From NCBI GenBank assembly GCA_020353515.1, contig CP070695.1, positions 3,456,050-3,520,049 on the forward strand: DNA of 64,000 nucleotides, written 5' to 3'. This stretch comes from Candidatus Heimdallarchaeota archaeon. GTDB taxonomy: Archaea; Asgardarchaeota; Heimdallarchaeia; Hodarchaeales; Hodarchaeaceae. The notes below the pieces were generated by a model that was given only the letters and a program-made list of their open reading frames with translations, did not search any database and was not told the DNA's origin. Below are positions 9,573-19,248 of the stretch, piece by piece. Every line of letters starts with the position of its first letter. Within the stretch, counting starts at the first letter, position 1. The translations under genes and the position numbers were made by a program.

Positions 9573-11945
9573 TTGCACATGGCAACACGACCTCATGTTA
9601 AAAAGGCCTTAAAGGAAGCCAAAATACTCGCTATTGATGACGATGAATGGTTTATTCGACTTCTAGTGAAAAAATTCCAGGATGTGGATCCAGGGTTTAA
9701 GATCACACCAGCCCTTACTGCAAATGAGGCAATTGAAAAACTGGAGAGTGATACATTTGATTGTATCCTTTGTGATCATCGTCTTCCTGGTACAATCCAA
9801 GTACAAGGAAGAACTTTTCCTTCTGATGGTATCCATCTTATGCGAAAATTTACAACCATGAATATTGATACTCCTGTTATTTTTGTCACAGGGCAAGGCT
9901 CCGAGGAGATTGCTTCCGAAGCCCTTCAACTAGGTGCTAGTGGATATTTCATTAAGAGAGTACAACCTGGTTATTTCAGTCTAATGGCAACATCTATTCG
10001 ACAGACAATAGATAGATATTGGCTTCAAAAGGAGTTACAAAAATCTGAAGCACGATATAGGGATTTGTTTGAGAATTCTGCAGGATTAATAATAATTCTA
10101 GACTCTGAAGGAAAATTACAGGAAACCAACATCAATTTTCTATCGATTTATGGTTACACTGTTGAAGATAGCCGAAAACTTACTCTTGAAGAGTTAGCTT
10201 ACCCAGAGGATTTTGAGAAATGGCAAGAAATGCTAAAATCTATTTGTAAAGGTAATACTGAAAGTCGGATGCTACGTTCTCGAACAAAGTACGACCAGAT
10301 TTTGCATTTAGATATCACAGCAAGACCTATTTATGGTAAAAAAACAAAAACTGTAACTGGAATCCAAGCCATTGTACGAGATATAACACAACAGGTGAAA
10401 ACTCAACAAGCACTTATTGATTCTGAAGAAAAACATCGAAAAATAGTAGAGGGATCTATTGAGGGTATAATAATAATGGATCAGGAGGGAACTATCTTAG
10501 ACTGGAATCCTGCCGCTTCAACAATCACAGGATTCTCTGCAGAGGATACCTTAGGCCAATCAATATGGACGATTATTGAACAATTAGAACCAACAGAGAT
10601 TGGTACTCCAACTATAAAGATATTAGATGAACTAAAGGATTTTATGGCTCCTGATAGAATCTCTAATATCCCAAAATTCCTTGAATATAGTATAAAAAAT
10701 GCTGAGGATGGATCAAACCGTATTCTTGAAGTTACATTGTTCATTATAGAACATAGTAGAGGTTATCGCATTGCCAAAGTCATGCGTGATGTTACAGCCA
10801 AAAAGATGGCGGAAGAAGAGACCAGATCCTATGCACAGCGTTTCCAGACTCTTATTGAGCAAGCTGCAATTGGTGTTTGGATAACTAACATAACAGATGA
10901 AAGTACTATTTATGTGAATGAGAGTGTTGCTCAATTATTAGATTATAGTCCCCACGAAATGATAGGAGTTTCAGTGCTAGATTTTGTCACACCTAATAGT
11001 GCTGATTTACTCAAAGAAAAAACGAGACAGCGTCTCCAGGGAGAAAAAACAGAAGATAATTATGAATTAGAATTTTATAATCGTTCAGGAACGAAAGTTT
11101 ATGCTCGTGTAACCGCTGCGGCGATTAAAGACGAAAATGGTAATGTTATAGAGACGTATGGGTTTATACGTGATATTACTCAAGAAAGACAACGTGAAAA
11201 AGAACTGAGAACAACTAAAGAGTTTTTAGAATCCATTATTGATTCAATGATTGACGGGTTGTACACTTATGACCAAAACCTCAAGATAACTTCCGCTAAT
11301 CCACGATTAAAGGAAATGCTTGGTTATAAAAAACACACGCTAGAAGGCAAAAGTATCTTTGATATATTCCCATCGTATGAACACACTCGAGTGAAAGAAA
11401 TAACTCAAGAACGAATGGCTGGTAAGAAAAGTGAGGGTCATCTTCTATTGACATATATGACTGCTCAAGGGGAAGAGGTGAAGGCCTCCGTTTCATCAGT
11501 TCCCCTTATAGCGGATGATAAGGTTACAGGGGCTGTTGTTACTGTTTCAGATATCACTGAACAGAGAAGAATTGAGAAATACCTGCGACAGGTGACCAAA
11601 GAATATGAAACATTAGTCACCAATTTGCCTCTAGGTTGGTTAAAAATTGATAATATGGGACGAGTTATTGCTTACAATAGAAGTGCTCAAGAATTGCTTG
11701 ATTTCACTGAAACTATGGATTTAAAAACAATAAATATCATTAATTTTCATCCTTTTCAGGAAGCAGGCTTAGCAACACAATTTCGAGATTTGCTCTATCA
11801 AAAGGATTTGGATGAAAAAGTATTTGATTCAGTTTTAGAAGATTCTCAGGGAATGCAGCATCATCTGAAATTCTATCCGTTTCCAATTTATCATGAACTT
11901 GAACCAAGAATCACAGCATGGTTTTTAATAGTTGAAAAAGTCTGA
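9573..11945 (+). CDS. Receiver (REC) domain plus five PAS domains, no output domain
   Basis: ILAIDDD, CILCDHRLPG, FVTGQG, YFIK receiver motifs; PAS/PAC units ending RDIT, RDVT, RDIT, SDIT, plus a fifth terminal PAS; no HisKA/HATPase. Confidence 0.85.
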   Translation: MHMATRPHVKKALKEAKILAIDDDEWFIRLLVKKFQDVDPGFKITPALTANEAIEKLESDTFDCILCDHRLPGTIQVQGRTFPSDGIHLMRKFTTMNIDTPVIFVTGQGSEEIASEALQLGASGYFIKRVQPGYFSLMATSIRQTIDRYWLQKELQKSEARYRDLFENSAGLIIILDSEGKLQETNINFLSIYGYTVEDSRKLTLEELAYPEDFEKWQEMLKSICKGNTESRMLRSRTKYDQILHLDITARPIYGKKTKTVTGIQAIVRDITQQVKTQQALIDSEEKHRKIVEGSIEGIIIMDQEGTILDWNPAASTITGFSAEDTLGQSIWTIIEQLEPTEIGTPTIKILDELKDFMAPDRISNIPKFLEYSIKNAEDGSNRILEVTLFIIEHSRGYRIAKVMRDVTAKKMAEEETRSYAQRFQTLIEQAAIGVWITNITDESTIYVNESVAQLLDYSPHEMIGVSVLDFVTPNSADLLKEKTRQRLQGEKTEDNYELEFYNRSGTKVYARVTAAAIKDENGNVIETYGFIRDITQERQREKELRTTKEFLESIIDSMIDGLYTYDQNLKITSANPRLKEMLGYKKHTLEGKSIFDIFPSYEHTRVKEITQERMAGKKSEGHLLLTYMTAQGEEVKASVSSVPLIADDKVTGAVVTVSDITEQRRIEKYLRQVTKEYETLVTNLPLGWLKIDNMGRVIAYNRSAQELLDFTETMDLKTINIINFHPFQEAGLATQFRDLLYQKDLDEKVFDSVLEDSQGMQHHLKFYPFPIYHELEPRITAWFLIVEKV

Positions 11946-11959
11946 ATATTTTTATTTAA

Positions 11960-12970
11960 TTAAATTTGTAAATGAATTACATCTCCCTTTTCAATACTTT
12001 TCCGTGCTGCTTCAACTATCTTTAAAACATTTATTCCATCTTCAATAGATACTAGAGGGTTTGCTTTACCACGAATACAATCCACAAAATTCCATATCTC
12101 ATGAAGTAAGGGTTCACCATAAACTTTTATTTGTTCTCCGTTTGAAAAAGGTATGCTAATCGCGGAGACATCTTTATCTCCTCGTGCGATCTCTAAACTG
12201 CGCATTTCTAAGATCTGAGTAAGTAGATTTGCACAGAGAGTTGCGTGTGTTCCTTCAATATCAATGGTACGTAGTTTTCCAGCATATTCACGACTTGTTA
12301 GGAACGTAACGTTAAATTCTTTGGCTTCAGATGATATTACAAGAATACTCGAATTAGCTAAGCCATTTAACTTAACTGCTGTTGAATAAAGCCTAACTTT
12401 TCCCTTAATAAACAATCTTAATGCGATATCAAAATCATGAACCCCAATATCCTCATAAACATCACCAATTGACTCAATTCTAGTTTCTGCTACAGCACCA
12501 CGGCGTTGGAATAGAACTGAACGAGGTTTTCCTATTAAGTTTTCCTTCCCAAGGATTTCAGCTATCCTAGTGACTACAGGATTGAAAACCTCGATGTGGC
12601 CAACAACTACTTTAGTATCAAATTTTGATAATTTTTCTCTTAGATCAATAGCTTGTTGTACAGATGGCGCGATAGGCTTTTCTATAAGTAAAGCCTTTAT
12701 CTCTGGCATACATGTAATTACCTCGGAGGCCACAGTGGGATGGGTCTCAGTGGGAACGGCAATAATTACACCATTTGGATTTTGATTCTCTACCATTTTC
12801 TCTATGCTTGAAAACCAAGGTTTTTCAAACTGTTTTCCTACAGCTTCAGCAACTTTAGGATTAGAATCAACGATGGAGTCTAAATAACCCAATCGTGAAA
12901 GTAGACGAGCGTGATAATATCCCATTTTGCCAGTACCGACAACAGCAATTTTTATTGGGTCATCAGGCAT
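11960..12970 (-). CDS. Gfo/Idh/MocA family oxidoreductase
   Basis: AVVGTGKMG, AVPTETH, LIEKPIA, VGHIE.FNP, DIGVHDFD. Confidence 0.9.
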   Translation of the reverse strand: MPDDPIKIAVVGTGKMGYYHARLLSRLGYLDSIVDSNPKVAEAVGKQFEKPWFSSIEKMVENQNPNGVIIAVPTETHPTVASEVITCMPEIKALLIEKPIAPSVQQAIDLREKLSKFDTKVVVGHIEVFNPVVTRIAEILGKENLIGKPRSVLFQRRGAVAETRIESIGDVYEDIGVHDFDIALRLFIKGKVRLYSTAVKLNGLANSSILVISSEAKEFNVTFLTSREYAGKLRTIDIEGTHATLCANLLTQILEMRSLEIARGDKDVSAISIPFSNGEQIKVYGEPLLHEIWNFVDCIRGKANPLVSIEDGINVLKIVEAARKSIEKGDVIHLQI

Positions 12971-13073
12971 AATTTTACCACCTCAAAGGGAAGAAAAAGA
13001 CAGTAATTACTTCCAGTAATACAGAATAAAAATCGTTCAGTAATATCAACTCCTATGATATCAGCTGAAACCA

Positions 13074-14408
13074 TTAAGCGCGATATACATTTTGAGAGAG
13101 TAAACCCATTATATTAAATGAATGCGTCAATAGAAGTAAACCAACAGCAAGTAAGATTAAATATCCAAATTGATTCCAGCGTTTTAGGACCTTATCAAAG
13201 TAATCTCCAAATGGTAAAAGAAGAATCAACGAAATCCAAGTAGCCCCAAAATAACTTGTAATTATATGGCTGTTTATTGGATGATTCTGAAAGAGTAATC
13301 CAGCAAACACACCTGGGATTCCAATGGTTAAAAGGTTTAAAAGACCTAGAATCAGAGTTCCGCAAATAGTTAATATAGAACCCAACACAATACCCTGTAC
13401 AAATGACCTGTGTACAATAACACGTTCCTGGGGGTCTTTAAAATCACCCAATTGCAAAATAATAGGACCGAAAAATGGAAAGAGTATCCAAAGAAAATTG
13501 AATATTACTGTAATAAAGACCCGAGATGAATCTAGCCTATAATTCATCCTATATCCAGTATTTCGATATAACATGAATGTGGACAACCAGATAGGAACCA
13601 TCAGCAATATTGTCAAGATGACACCTCCGAAAATAAATGTGATTATTCCATCCGTAATAGGATCGACTTGGTCTACAAGATCTGCGTAGCGGCCAGTATA
13701 CCAAAAGATATAGATTAAAAGTAAGAGAATAAATGTTCCTAAGTAATTGAATAAGTTATTACTGTCAAAACCCCCGAAATTCCTAAAAAAAAGGGACGCT
13801 TTTCGTGATTTAGTTACCCCAAAATATTTTGAATGAGATATTGTGCTTTTTAAGGGGAAATCTTTCGATGAAGTCAAACTTTGCCTTAATGCCGATAGAG
13901 GAAATGAAACAGGTTGAAAAAAGTGTGAAAGATCTAGTTGGAATCCTTCAAAAGGTTCCTCAAGAATTTTGGACTCCTTTTTTTGACGATTCAGTCCACA
14001 ATGAATACAAAATTCTGTATTTGGAGGATTAGGCTTCCAACACCTAGTACAAAATATATCTTGCTCTTTTTCACCTTGTTTCTTTTTCAACCTTCCCCCA
14101 CAAAGATGACAAAAATTATGAGCTGAAGGTACCTCTTGACGACAAAGAGGACATTTCATGGATTCGGAAGGAGGGGGTATCGGCTTTTGGGAAATGAGAT
14201 CGAATTTATTTCCACAAGAAATACAATAAGTTGTTTTAGGAACTTCAACACGGCAATGGGGGCATGTTATCAATATTGGCTGATCTAGGGTTCCTAGTGC
14301 ACTAGGGTCAAGTTTGAATCCACAATAAATGCAAAATTGAGTTATAGGAACCATCTTCTGACAATGAGAACACTTAATGGTTTTTATATCGTTTTTATTT
14401 GATTTCAT
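13074..14408 (-). CDS. Four double-zinc-ribbon repeats fused to an M50 (site-2 protease)-like membrane domain
   Basis: CxxC...CxxCG occurs four times in the first ~140 aa; C-terminal TM region ends WISLILLLPFGDYFDKVLKRWN. Confidence 0.65.
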   Translation of the reverse strand: MKSNKNDIKTIKCSHCQKMVPITQFCIYCGFKLDPSALGTLDQPILITCPHCRVEVPKTTYCISCGNKFDLISQKPIPPPSESMKCPLCRQEVPSAHNFCHLCGGRLKKKQGEKEQDIFCTRCWKPNPPNTEFCIHCGLNRQKKESKILEEPFEGFQLDLSHFFQPVSFPLSALRQSLTSSKDFPLKSTISHSKYFGVTKSRKASLFFRNFGGFDSNNLFNYLGTFILLLLIYIFWYTGRYADLVDQVDPITDGIITFIFGGVILTILLMVPIWLSTFMLYRNTGYRMNYRLDSSRVFITVIFNFLWILFPFFGPIILQLGDFKDPQERVIVHRSFVQGIVLGSILTICGTLILGLLNLLTIGIPGVFAGLLFQNHPINSHIITSYFGATWISLILLLPFGDYFDKVLKRWNQFGYLILLAVGLLLLTHSFNIMGLLSQNVYRA

Positions 14409-14504
14409 TGCAGATGTTGATCCTATAAGAGCTGGTACGATTCGAGACTATTTTCTCCGAATTAATAAAAAATGATTCACATCAATAATCTTTCCCTTAA
14501 GAAA

Positions 14505-14993
14505 TCATAAAAGATTGATATAGGAGGATAAAATCCAGGAAAAGAAAATTAGTATTTCACTGAATATTATTTTCCAATCTTTATAATAAAGCTTGAGAAA
14601 ACCAATAATATTTCCCTCTTTGGTTACCTCATTGTAATCTAAATTAAACAATGTAAAAGGTCTATTTGAGAAGGGTGCAAATGGATAAATCTCCCAATCA
14701 ATGACATCTAAGAAAGTATGAATAAGAGCACCAATGAAAAGCCAAAAATAAGGTAATAAACCAAAAATTCCAAGAAGGAAAGCTCCCAAAAAGTATATCA
14801 AAGGAAAATGTGTGGGTAATTGTCTATGACTATTTTTCTTTACTATTAAATTTAAAATATAATCAAAATCAGGAAGAACGGATCCTATAATGAAATATAT
14901 TGAATAAGAAAGATTATTACCTCCAAATACGAAAATATTAGTACCAATTAATCCAACTAAGAGATGAACATGAGGCATCATGATTTCAATCAC
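14505..14993 (-). CDS. YdjM-like membrane-bound metal-dependent hydrolase
   Basis: H..., GSVLPDFD, HRQLPTH, HTFLD motifs in a hydrophobic protein. Confidence 0.8.
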   Translation of the reverse strand: MIEIMMPHVHLLVGLIGTNIFVFGGNNLSYSIYFIIGSVLPDFDYILNLIVKKNSHRQLPTHFPLIYFLGAFLLGIFGLLPYFWLFIGALIHTFLDVIDWEIYPFAPFSNRPFTLFNLDYNEVTKEGNIIGFLKLYYKDWKIIFSEILIFFSWILSSYINLL

Positions 14994-15171
14994 GACATTT
15001 AAAATGCCTTGTTAAGCAAAAACTTCCAATTGTAAAAGCTCAGAATGAATCTGCATTGATCAAACAGTTTATTAATATTTTATTAAGTATAAACCACGAA
15101 AGATTCCTTTCATATCCTCCTAAACTCCCCTATCACTATATTGGAATCTGAGTTTACCTCGTTTGCCTTCA

Positions 15172-15202
15172 AAGGAAAGGAACTTTGACGGTTCCTTTTC
15201 TT
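15172..15202. other. Intergenic stem-loop
   Basis: AAAGGAAC (15176-15183) pairs with GTTCCTTT (15191-15198), 7-nt loop, extendable to about 12 bp with one G-U pair. Confidence 0.4.
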
Positions 15203-15264
15203 CTTTCCATTATTAAAGCGAGAAATTACATAATTTTCCTAATTATTGCTATCACTCATGATGT

Positions 15265-16053
15265 GTGATTATGTTTGTTCTTAATCCAGCTGATATTGAA
15301 AAAATAGCAAAATCAAAAGGTGTGACTCTTTCTGAATTGGAAGTTCCATCCTTGATTATTTTGACCTTTAATAAAGCTGTAGTGGAAGAGTTAGAAAATC
15401 TATGCCATGATTTGAAGGATTGGAGTTGGAAAGGAGAAAAATTTAGCCCATACTCGTCTTCAAGATTGAGCCTAAAAGGATCAATTGATGGATTATATGA
15501 TATTGCAGTATTTATACCACCTATGGGAGCATCTCCTTTAATTGCTTTTTCTGAAGAATTATCCTATTTTGGCGCTAAAGCAATATTTCTAATCTGTTCT
15601 TCTTGGGGATTAGGTGAAAAATATCTTTCAAAAGGGCAGATTCACTTACCTAATTTTGCTATAGGTATTGATGGAACATCTATCCATTACGGGAATCAAA
15701 AATATAACGTTTTGAATGAACCTATTGCATATAATGCCCTCGCTACATCATTAAAAGAACTAAAAGTGAATTGGAAAAAAGGCGGAGTAGGAGCGTGTGA
15801 AGCAATATATCGTATTACACAAGAAAAAATAGATGAATTTCGGCAACAAGGATGTTTATCAATCGAAAATGGAGAAGTTGCATCGCTTTTTACATTTGCT
15901 AATGTACATAAAATCCCAATCGGTGTCCTTTTACAGCCGTACATTGACCTGGAGGAAGGTTGGAACCTTTCTTACTTAGATGAAGAATACATTAAAACCT
16001 GTAAAATTCAAGCACAGGTTGCGATTGAGGCTCTAAAAATTCTACAACAATAA
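15265..16053 (+). CDS. Nucleoside phosphorylase (PNP/UDP family)
   Basis: MGASP...EEL..FGAK.I, AIGIDGTSIHY, AIYR.T..KI..FR..GCLSIE.GEVASLF. Confidence 0.75.
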   Translation: MIMFVLNPADIEKIAKSKGVTLSELEVPSLIILTFNKAVVEELENLCHDLKDWSWKGEKFSPYSSSRLSLKGSIDGLYDIAVFIPPMGASPLIAFSEELSYFGAKAIFLICSSWGLGEKYLSKGQIHLPNFAIGIDGTSIHYGNQKYNVLNEPIAYNALATSLKELKVNWKKGGVGACEAIYRITQEKIDEFRQQGCLSIENGEVASLFTFANVHKIPIGVLLQPYIDLEEGWNLSYLDEEYIKTCKIQAQVAIEALKILQQ

Positions 16054-16060
16054 CGTAAGG

Positions 16061-16353
16061 ATGTTAATGAGCTTTGAAACGAGTATAAAACCTTCGGCGG
16101 AAATCCATTTCGAATATTTAAAGGAATATCCTCAATCACTAGCGAAGACTCGGACACTGGTTTTCACGGATACGTTAAGGGAGATGCTACCAAAAGCTCA
16201 GAGAATTCATAAAGATTATTATGATAGGGTAAAATACGATTTTTTTTTTATAATACAGCATTATTGACAGGTATCATAATCCTAGGAGTTATAATATCAG
16301 TAGGAGTGCTGATTTATCGAAAGAGGAGTTTTAAATGCAAGACGGGAAAATGA
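16061..16353 (+). pseudogene. Possible frameshifted remnant of a C-terminally anchored membrane protein
   Basis: 68-aa ORF; past a T10 run (16240-16249) the -1 frame encodes LLTGIIILGVIISVGVLIYRKRSFKCKTGK*. Confidence 0.3.
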
Positions 16354-16625
16354 ATAATTAAAATAGGTGGAGTGGGTTCACTCTAGAAAGAAAAATACTA
16401 CTCATTGGAAAAGTCCTTTGAGAAGGTAATTGAAGTCGAATCTAGAACACTGAGACATTGTTGCAGCTAATTATTTCTTCTTATGAATGAGTACAGCAAA
16501 AGTTATTATATTAGCACTGGAAACATATAAGTACAATAAAATCCTTCCTCACATAGTAATAAAAAAATTTTTTAAACACACCAACACTTTTAGCTAACGC
16601 TTTAGCACACACCAGAGTTGAAGTT

Positions 16626-17000
16626 ATGCCATATCGTACACTTCTTAAGAGACTTATGGATAAGCACATTATTACTGGCTTCATTATTCTTGATCCATAC
16701 GGAAATATATACTATCATACAGGTGCTTTTCCTCAAGCTGGTGAGAAAAGTTTCATTGATGGATACTACTTTTTATCAGAATGGGTTACATTTCCTTCTT
16801 CTATTAAATTTACTGGAGTTAAATATAATTCTATACTCAATGCCCATCCAAATTACTGGTGTTTAACTAGTCCTAAGGGGTATGGATCTATTGTCTTACA
16901 GATCTGTAAAAACAAATACTATTTTCTTTGTTATCTAAAGGACGATGATCCATTGGAAGCTCAAATTGAGATTGCGAAAATGGGCGAGCTTTTTACATAA
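16626..17000 (+). CDS. Profilin (Asgard-type)
   Basis: 124 aa with profilin pattern: ITGFIILDPYGNIYY, IDG...LSEW, SIKFTGVKY, TSPKGYGSIV, C-terminal helix PLEAQIEIAKMGELF. Confidence 0.75.
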   Translation: MPYRTLLKRLMDKHIITGFIILDPYGNIYYHTGAFPQAGEKSFIDGYYFLSEWVTFPSSIKFTGVKYNSILNAHPNYWCLTSPKGYGSIVLQICKNKYYFLCYLKDDDPLEAQIEIAKMGELFT

Positions 17001-17019
17001 AATAATTGAAGGTTTTACT

Positions 17020-18429
17020 ATGGTTGATTCAATGAATTATGACGAGTTAAAACATATATTCCGAGCTTATGATATTAGAGGAGTCTTTAATAAGGAAATC
17101 ACCCCCCAAAATAACTTTCGGATTGGTTTAGCATTTGGTACTTTTTTGAAACTTGAACAGGGATTAAAAGATGAAATCGTTTTTATATCGTATGATATTC
17201 GACAGACCAGTTCTTTATTAGCACAAGCGTTTGCTGCAGGAGTTATGGTTACAGGTATCTCTATTGAATTTTCAGGAGAACCCTTACAATTTGGAGCGTG
17301 TATGTTTACAGCTTGGAAAAGGGAGGCCTTTGCCACAGCATTTATTACTGCGTCTCATTTACCCCCTGAGTGGAATGGGGTGAAATTTTACTATGGCAAT
17401 GGTGTTGGTTTCTCAGAACATGACAATCTAAAAATTCGTGATTATTTTGTTGAGGGAAAATTTTTATCCCCAAAGTGGGATAAAGTAGGACAAATGAGTG
17501 TTACGAATTTAAAAGAGGAATATAAAGAATTTTTAAAAACTAGATTCTCTTTAAAGCGAAAATTAAAAGTAGTTCTTGATTGTGGAAATGGAGCTTCGTG
17601 TCTTTCTGCCCCTATGATTCTCCGTGGTATTGGAATTGAAGTCATTCCTATATTCTGTAATGTAGATCCCAGTTTTCCTAATCGGAGCTCAGAACCCAAT
17701 GAAAAATCGATGAAAATTCTTGCAAAGAAGGTAAGGTCTGAAAGTGCTGATTTTGGAGTCGGTTTTGATGGAGATGGTGATCGTGCTGTTATTGTTGATG
17801 ATAGGGGACGGATCCTTCTAGCGGATATCACTGGCTTGATTTTAGCGAAATTTATGATCAAAGAATCACCTAAGCTAAACCGTATACTTGCCAATGTTGA
17901 ATGCTCATTAGCTTTAGAAAAAGTATTGTCTCCTCCTGCCATCATTGATCGTATTAAGGTTGGACATACGTTTCTAACGGCTGAGGCCCAGAAAAAAGCT
18001 GACACTTTAATTGGAATTGAATCAAGTGGCCATATGGTTTTTCCAAAAATCTATTTTTTTGATGATGCAATGATCATCCCCTTGAAACTCGCGGAAATTC
18101 TTTCAAACCAAGATCAAGCTTTATCAACACTTGTTGATGAGCTTCCAACCTTACATAAAAGAAAAATTGCTGTTTCTTGTCCCGATAAAGTAAAGTTCAA
18201 AGTTATTTCACAATTATTAAGTAATCTCAAATCAAATTATGATAACATAAATCCTATCGATGGTATTGGTATTCCCATTGGGAATGAATCTTGGGTATTA
18301 ATTCGTGCTAGTAATACAGGTCCTAAAATACGGATCACAGTTGAAGCTGAAACAGAGTCACAAGCTGATGACCTATTATCAGAATTTCAGGGTCATTTAG
18401 AAGCTACAATAAATGAATTTATCGTTTAA
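17020..18429 (+). CDS. Phosphomannomutase/phosphoglucomutase
   Basis: IFRAYDIRG, ITASHLP (phospho-Ser), FDGDGDR metal loop, GIESSGH, LIRASNT. Start moved to ATG 17020 to avoid overlapping profilin. Confidence 0.93.
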   Translation: MVDSMNYDELKHIFRAYDIRGVFNKEITPQNNFRIGLAFGTFLKLEQGLKDEIVFISYDIRQTSSLLAQAFAAGVMVTGISIEFSGEPLQFGACMFTAWKREAFATAFITASHLPPEWNGVKFYYGNGVGFSEHDNLKIRDYFVEGKFLSPKWDKVGQMSVTNLKEEYKEFLKTRFSLKRKLKVVLDCGNGASCLSAPMILRGIGIEVIPIFCNVDPSFPNRSSEPNEKSMKILAKKVRSESADFGVGFDGDGDRAVIVDDRGRILLADITGLILAKFMIKESPKLNRILANVECSLALEKVLSPPAIIDRIKVGHTFLTAEAQKKADTLIGIESSGHMVFPKIYFFDDAMIIPLKLAEILSNQDQALSTLVDELPTLHKRKIAVSCPDKVKFKVISQLLSNLKSNYDNINPIDGIGIPIGNESWVLIRASNTGPKIRITVEAETESQADDLLSEFQGHLEATINEFIV

Positions 18430-18543
18430 TCAGACAATTGGAAATTGTAAATTTTAAAAATATTATCCTACAAATTGTCTATCTGGAGAAAAACTCTCTC
18501 TTTAGTAAACAAAAGAAAATCAATAAATCAGGAAAGTCATATT

Positions 18544-19242
18544 ATGGCAAAAATAATTGGGATGATCGGTGGAACTGGCCCACAAGGCCAGGGTTTGGCA
18601 TTAAGATGGGGGATGGCGGGAGAATCGGTAATCATGGGATCAAGGCAACAGGAAAAGGCTGATAGAATTTCAGCTGAAGTGAATGAAAAATTAGGAAAAG
18701 ATTTAGTTATTCCCCGAACAAATGAAGCTTGTGTCAAAGAATCAGATATTATTTTGTGTACGACTCCCTTTGACTATATCGTAAAAACTATAACTCCTTT
18801 TATTAAATATTTCACTGCGGATCACATTATTGTGGATGTGACTGTACCTCTGAAACCTTTTGAGAAAGGAAAAATGGTTGATGTTCTACCAGAATTACAG
18901 GATAGTGCAAAAAGTGCAACAGAATTACTACGAAAGGTGATTCCTAGGGAGGTTCCTCTTGTTGGAGCATTTAAAACCTTATCAAACGCAACTTTGCAAG
19001 ATGTTGATCGCTTACCGGTTCTTAACCAAGATGTATTCATTTTTGGCCGTGATAAAGTAGCAAAACACATCATAAAAGAAAAAGCTGCACTAATTAAGAA
19101 TTTAAGACCCGTAGACTCTGGTGGAACACTATCTGCAAGACATGTTGAACGTTTCACCGCTTTCTTAATTGGGCTTAATCGTAGGTACAAAACCCATGAT
19201 TGTGGTTTTAATGTAACAGGTCTTACAGAGCGAGACTGGTAA
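18544..19242 (+). CDS. npdG: NADPH-dependent F420 reductase (F420H2:NADP+ oxidoreductase)
   Basis: IGMIGGTGPQGQGLALRW, IMGSR, DVTVPL, GAFKTLS, VE.FTA.LI.LNRRYK. Confidence 0.9.
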   Translation: MAKIIGMIGGTGPQGQGLALRWGMAGESVIMGSRQQEKADRISAEVNEKLGKDLVIPRTNEACVKESDIILCTTPFDYIVKTITPFIKYFTADHIIVDVTVPLKPFEKGKMVDVLPELQDSAKSATELLRKVIPREVPLVGAFKTLSNATLQDVDRLPVLNQDVFIFGRDKVAKHIIKEKAALIKNLRPVDSGGTLSARHVERFTAFLIGLNRRYKTHDCGFNVTGLTERDW

Positions 19243-19248
19243 TCATCT

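Noticed and set aside
16618-16866. 82-aa ORF overlapping profilin in another frame
   Set aside because: The 16626..17000 frame carries the profilin pattern; this one has no independent support.
16945-18543. Longer starts given for PMM (16945) and npdG (18475), and likewise the ADH at 56537
   Set aside because: The extensions overlap neighbours or precede the family N-terminus; downstream ATGs at 17020, 18544 and 56690 fit better.
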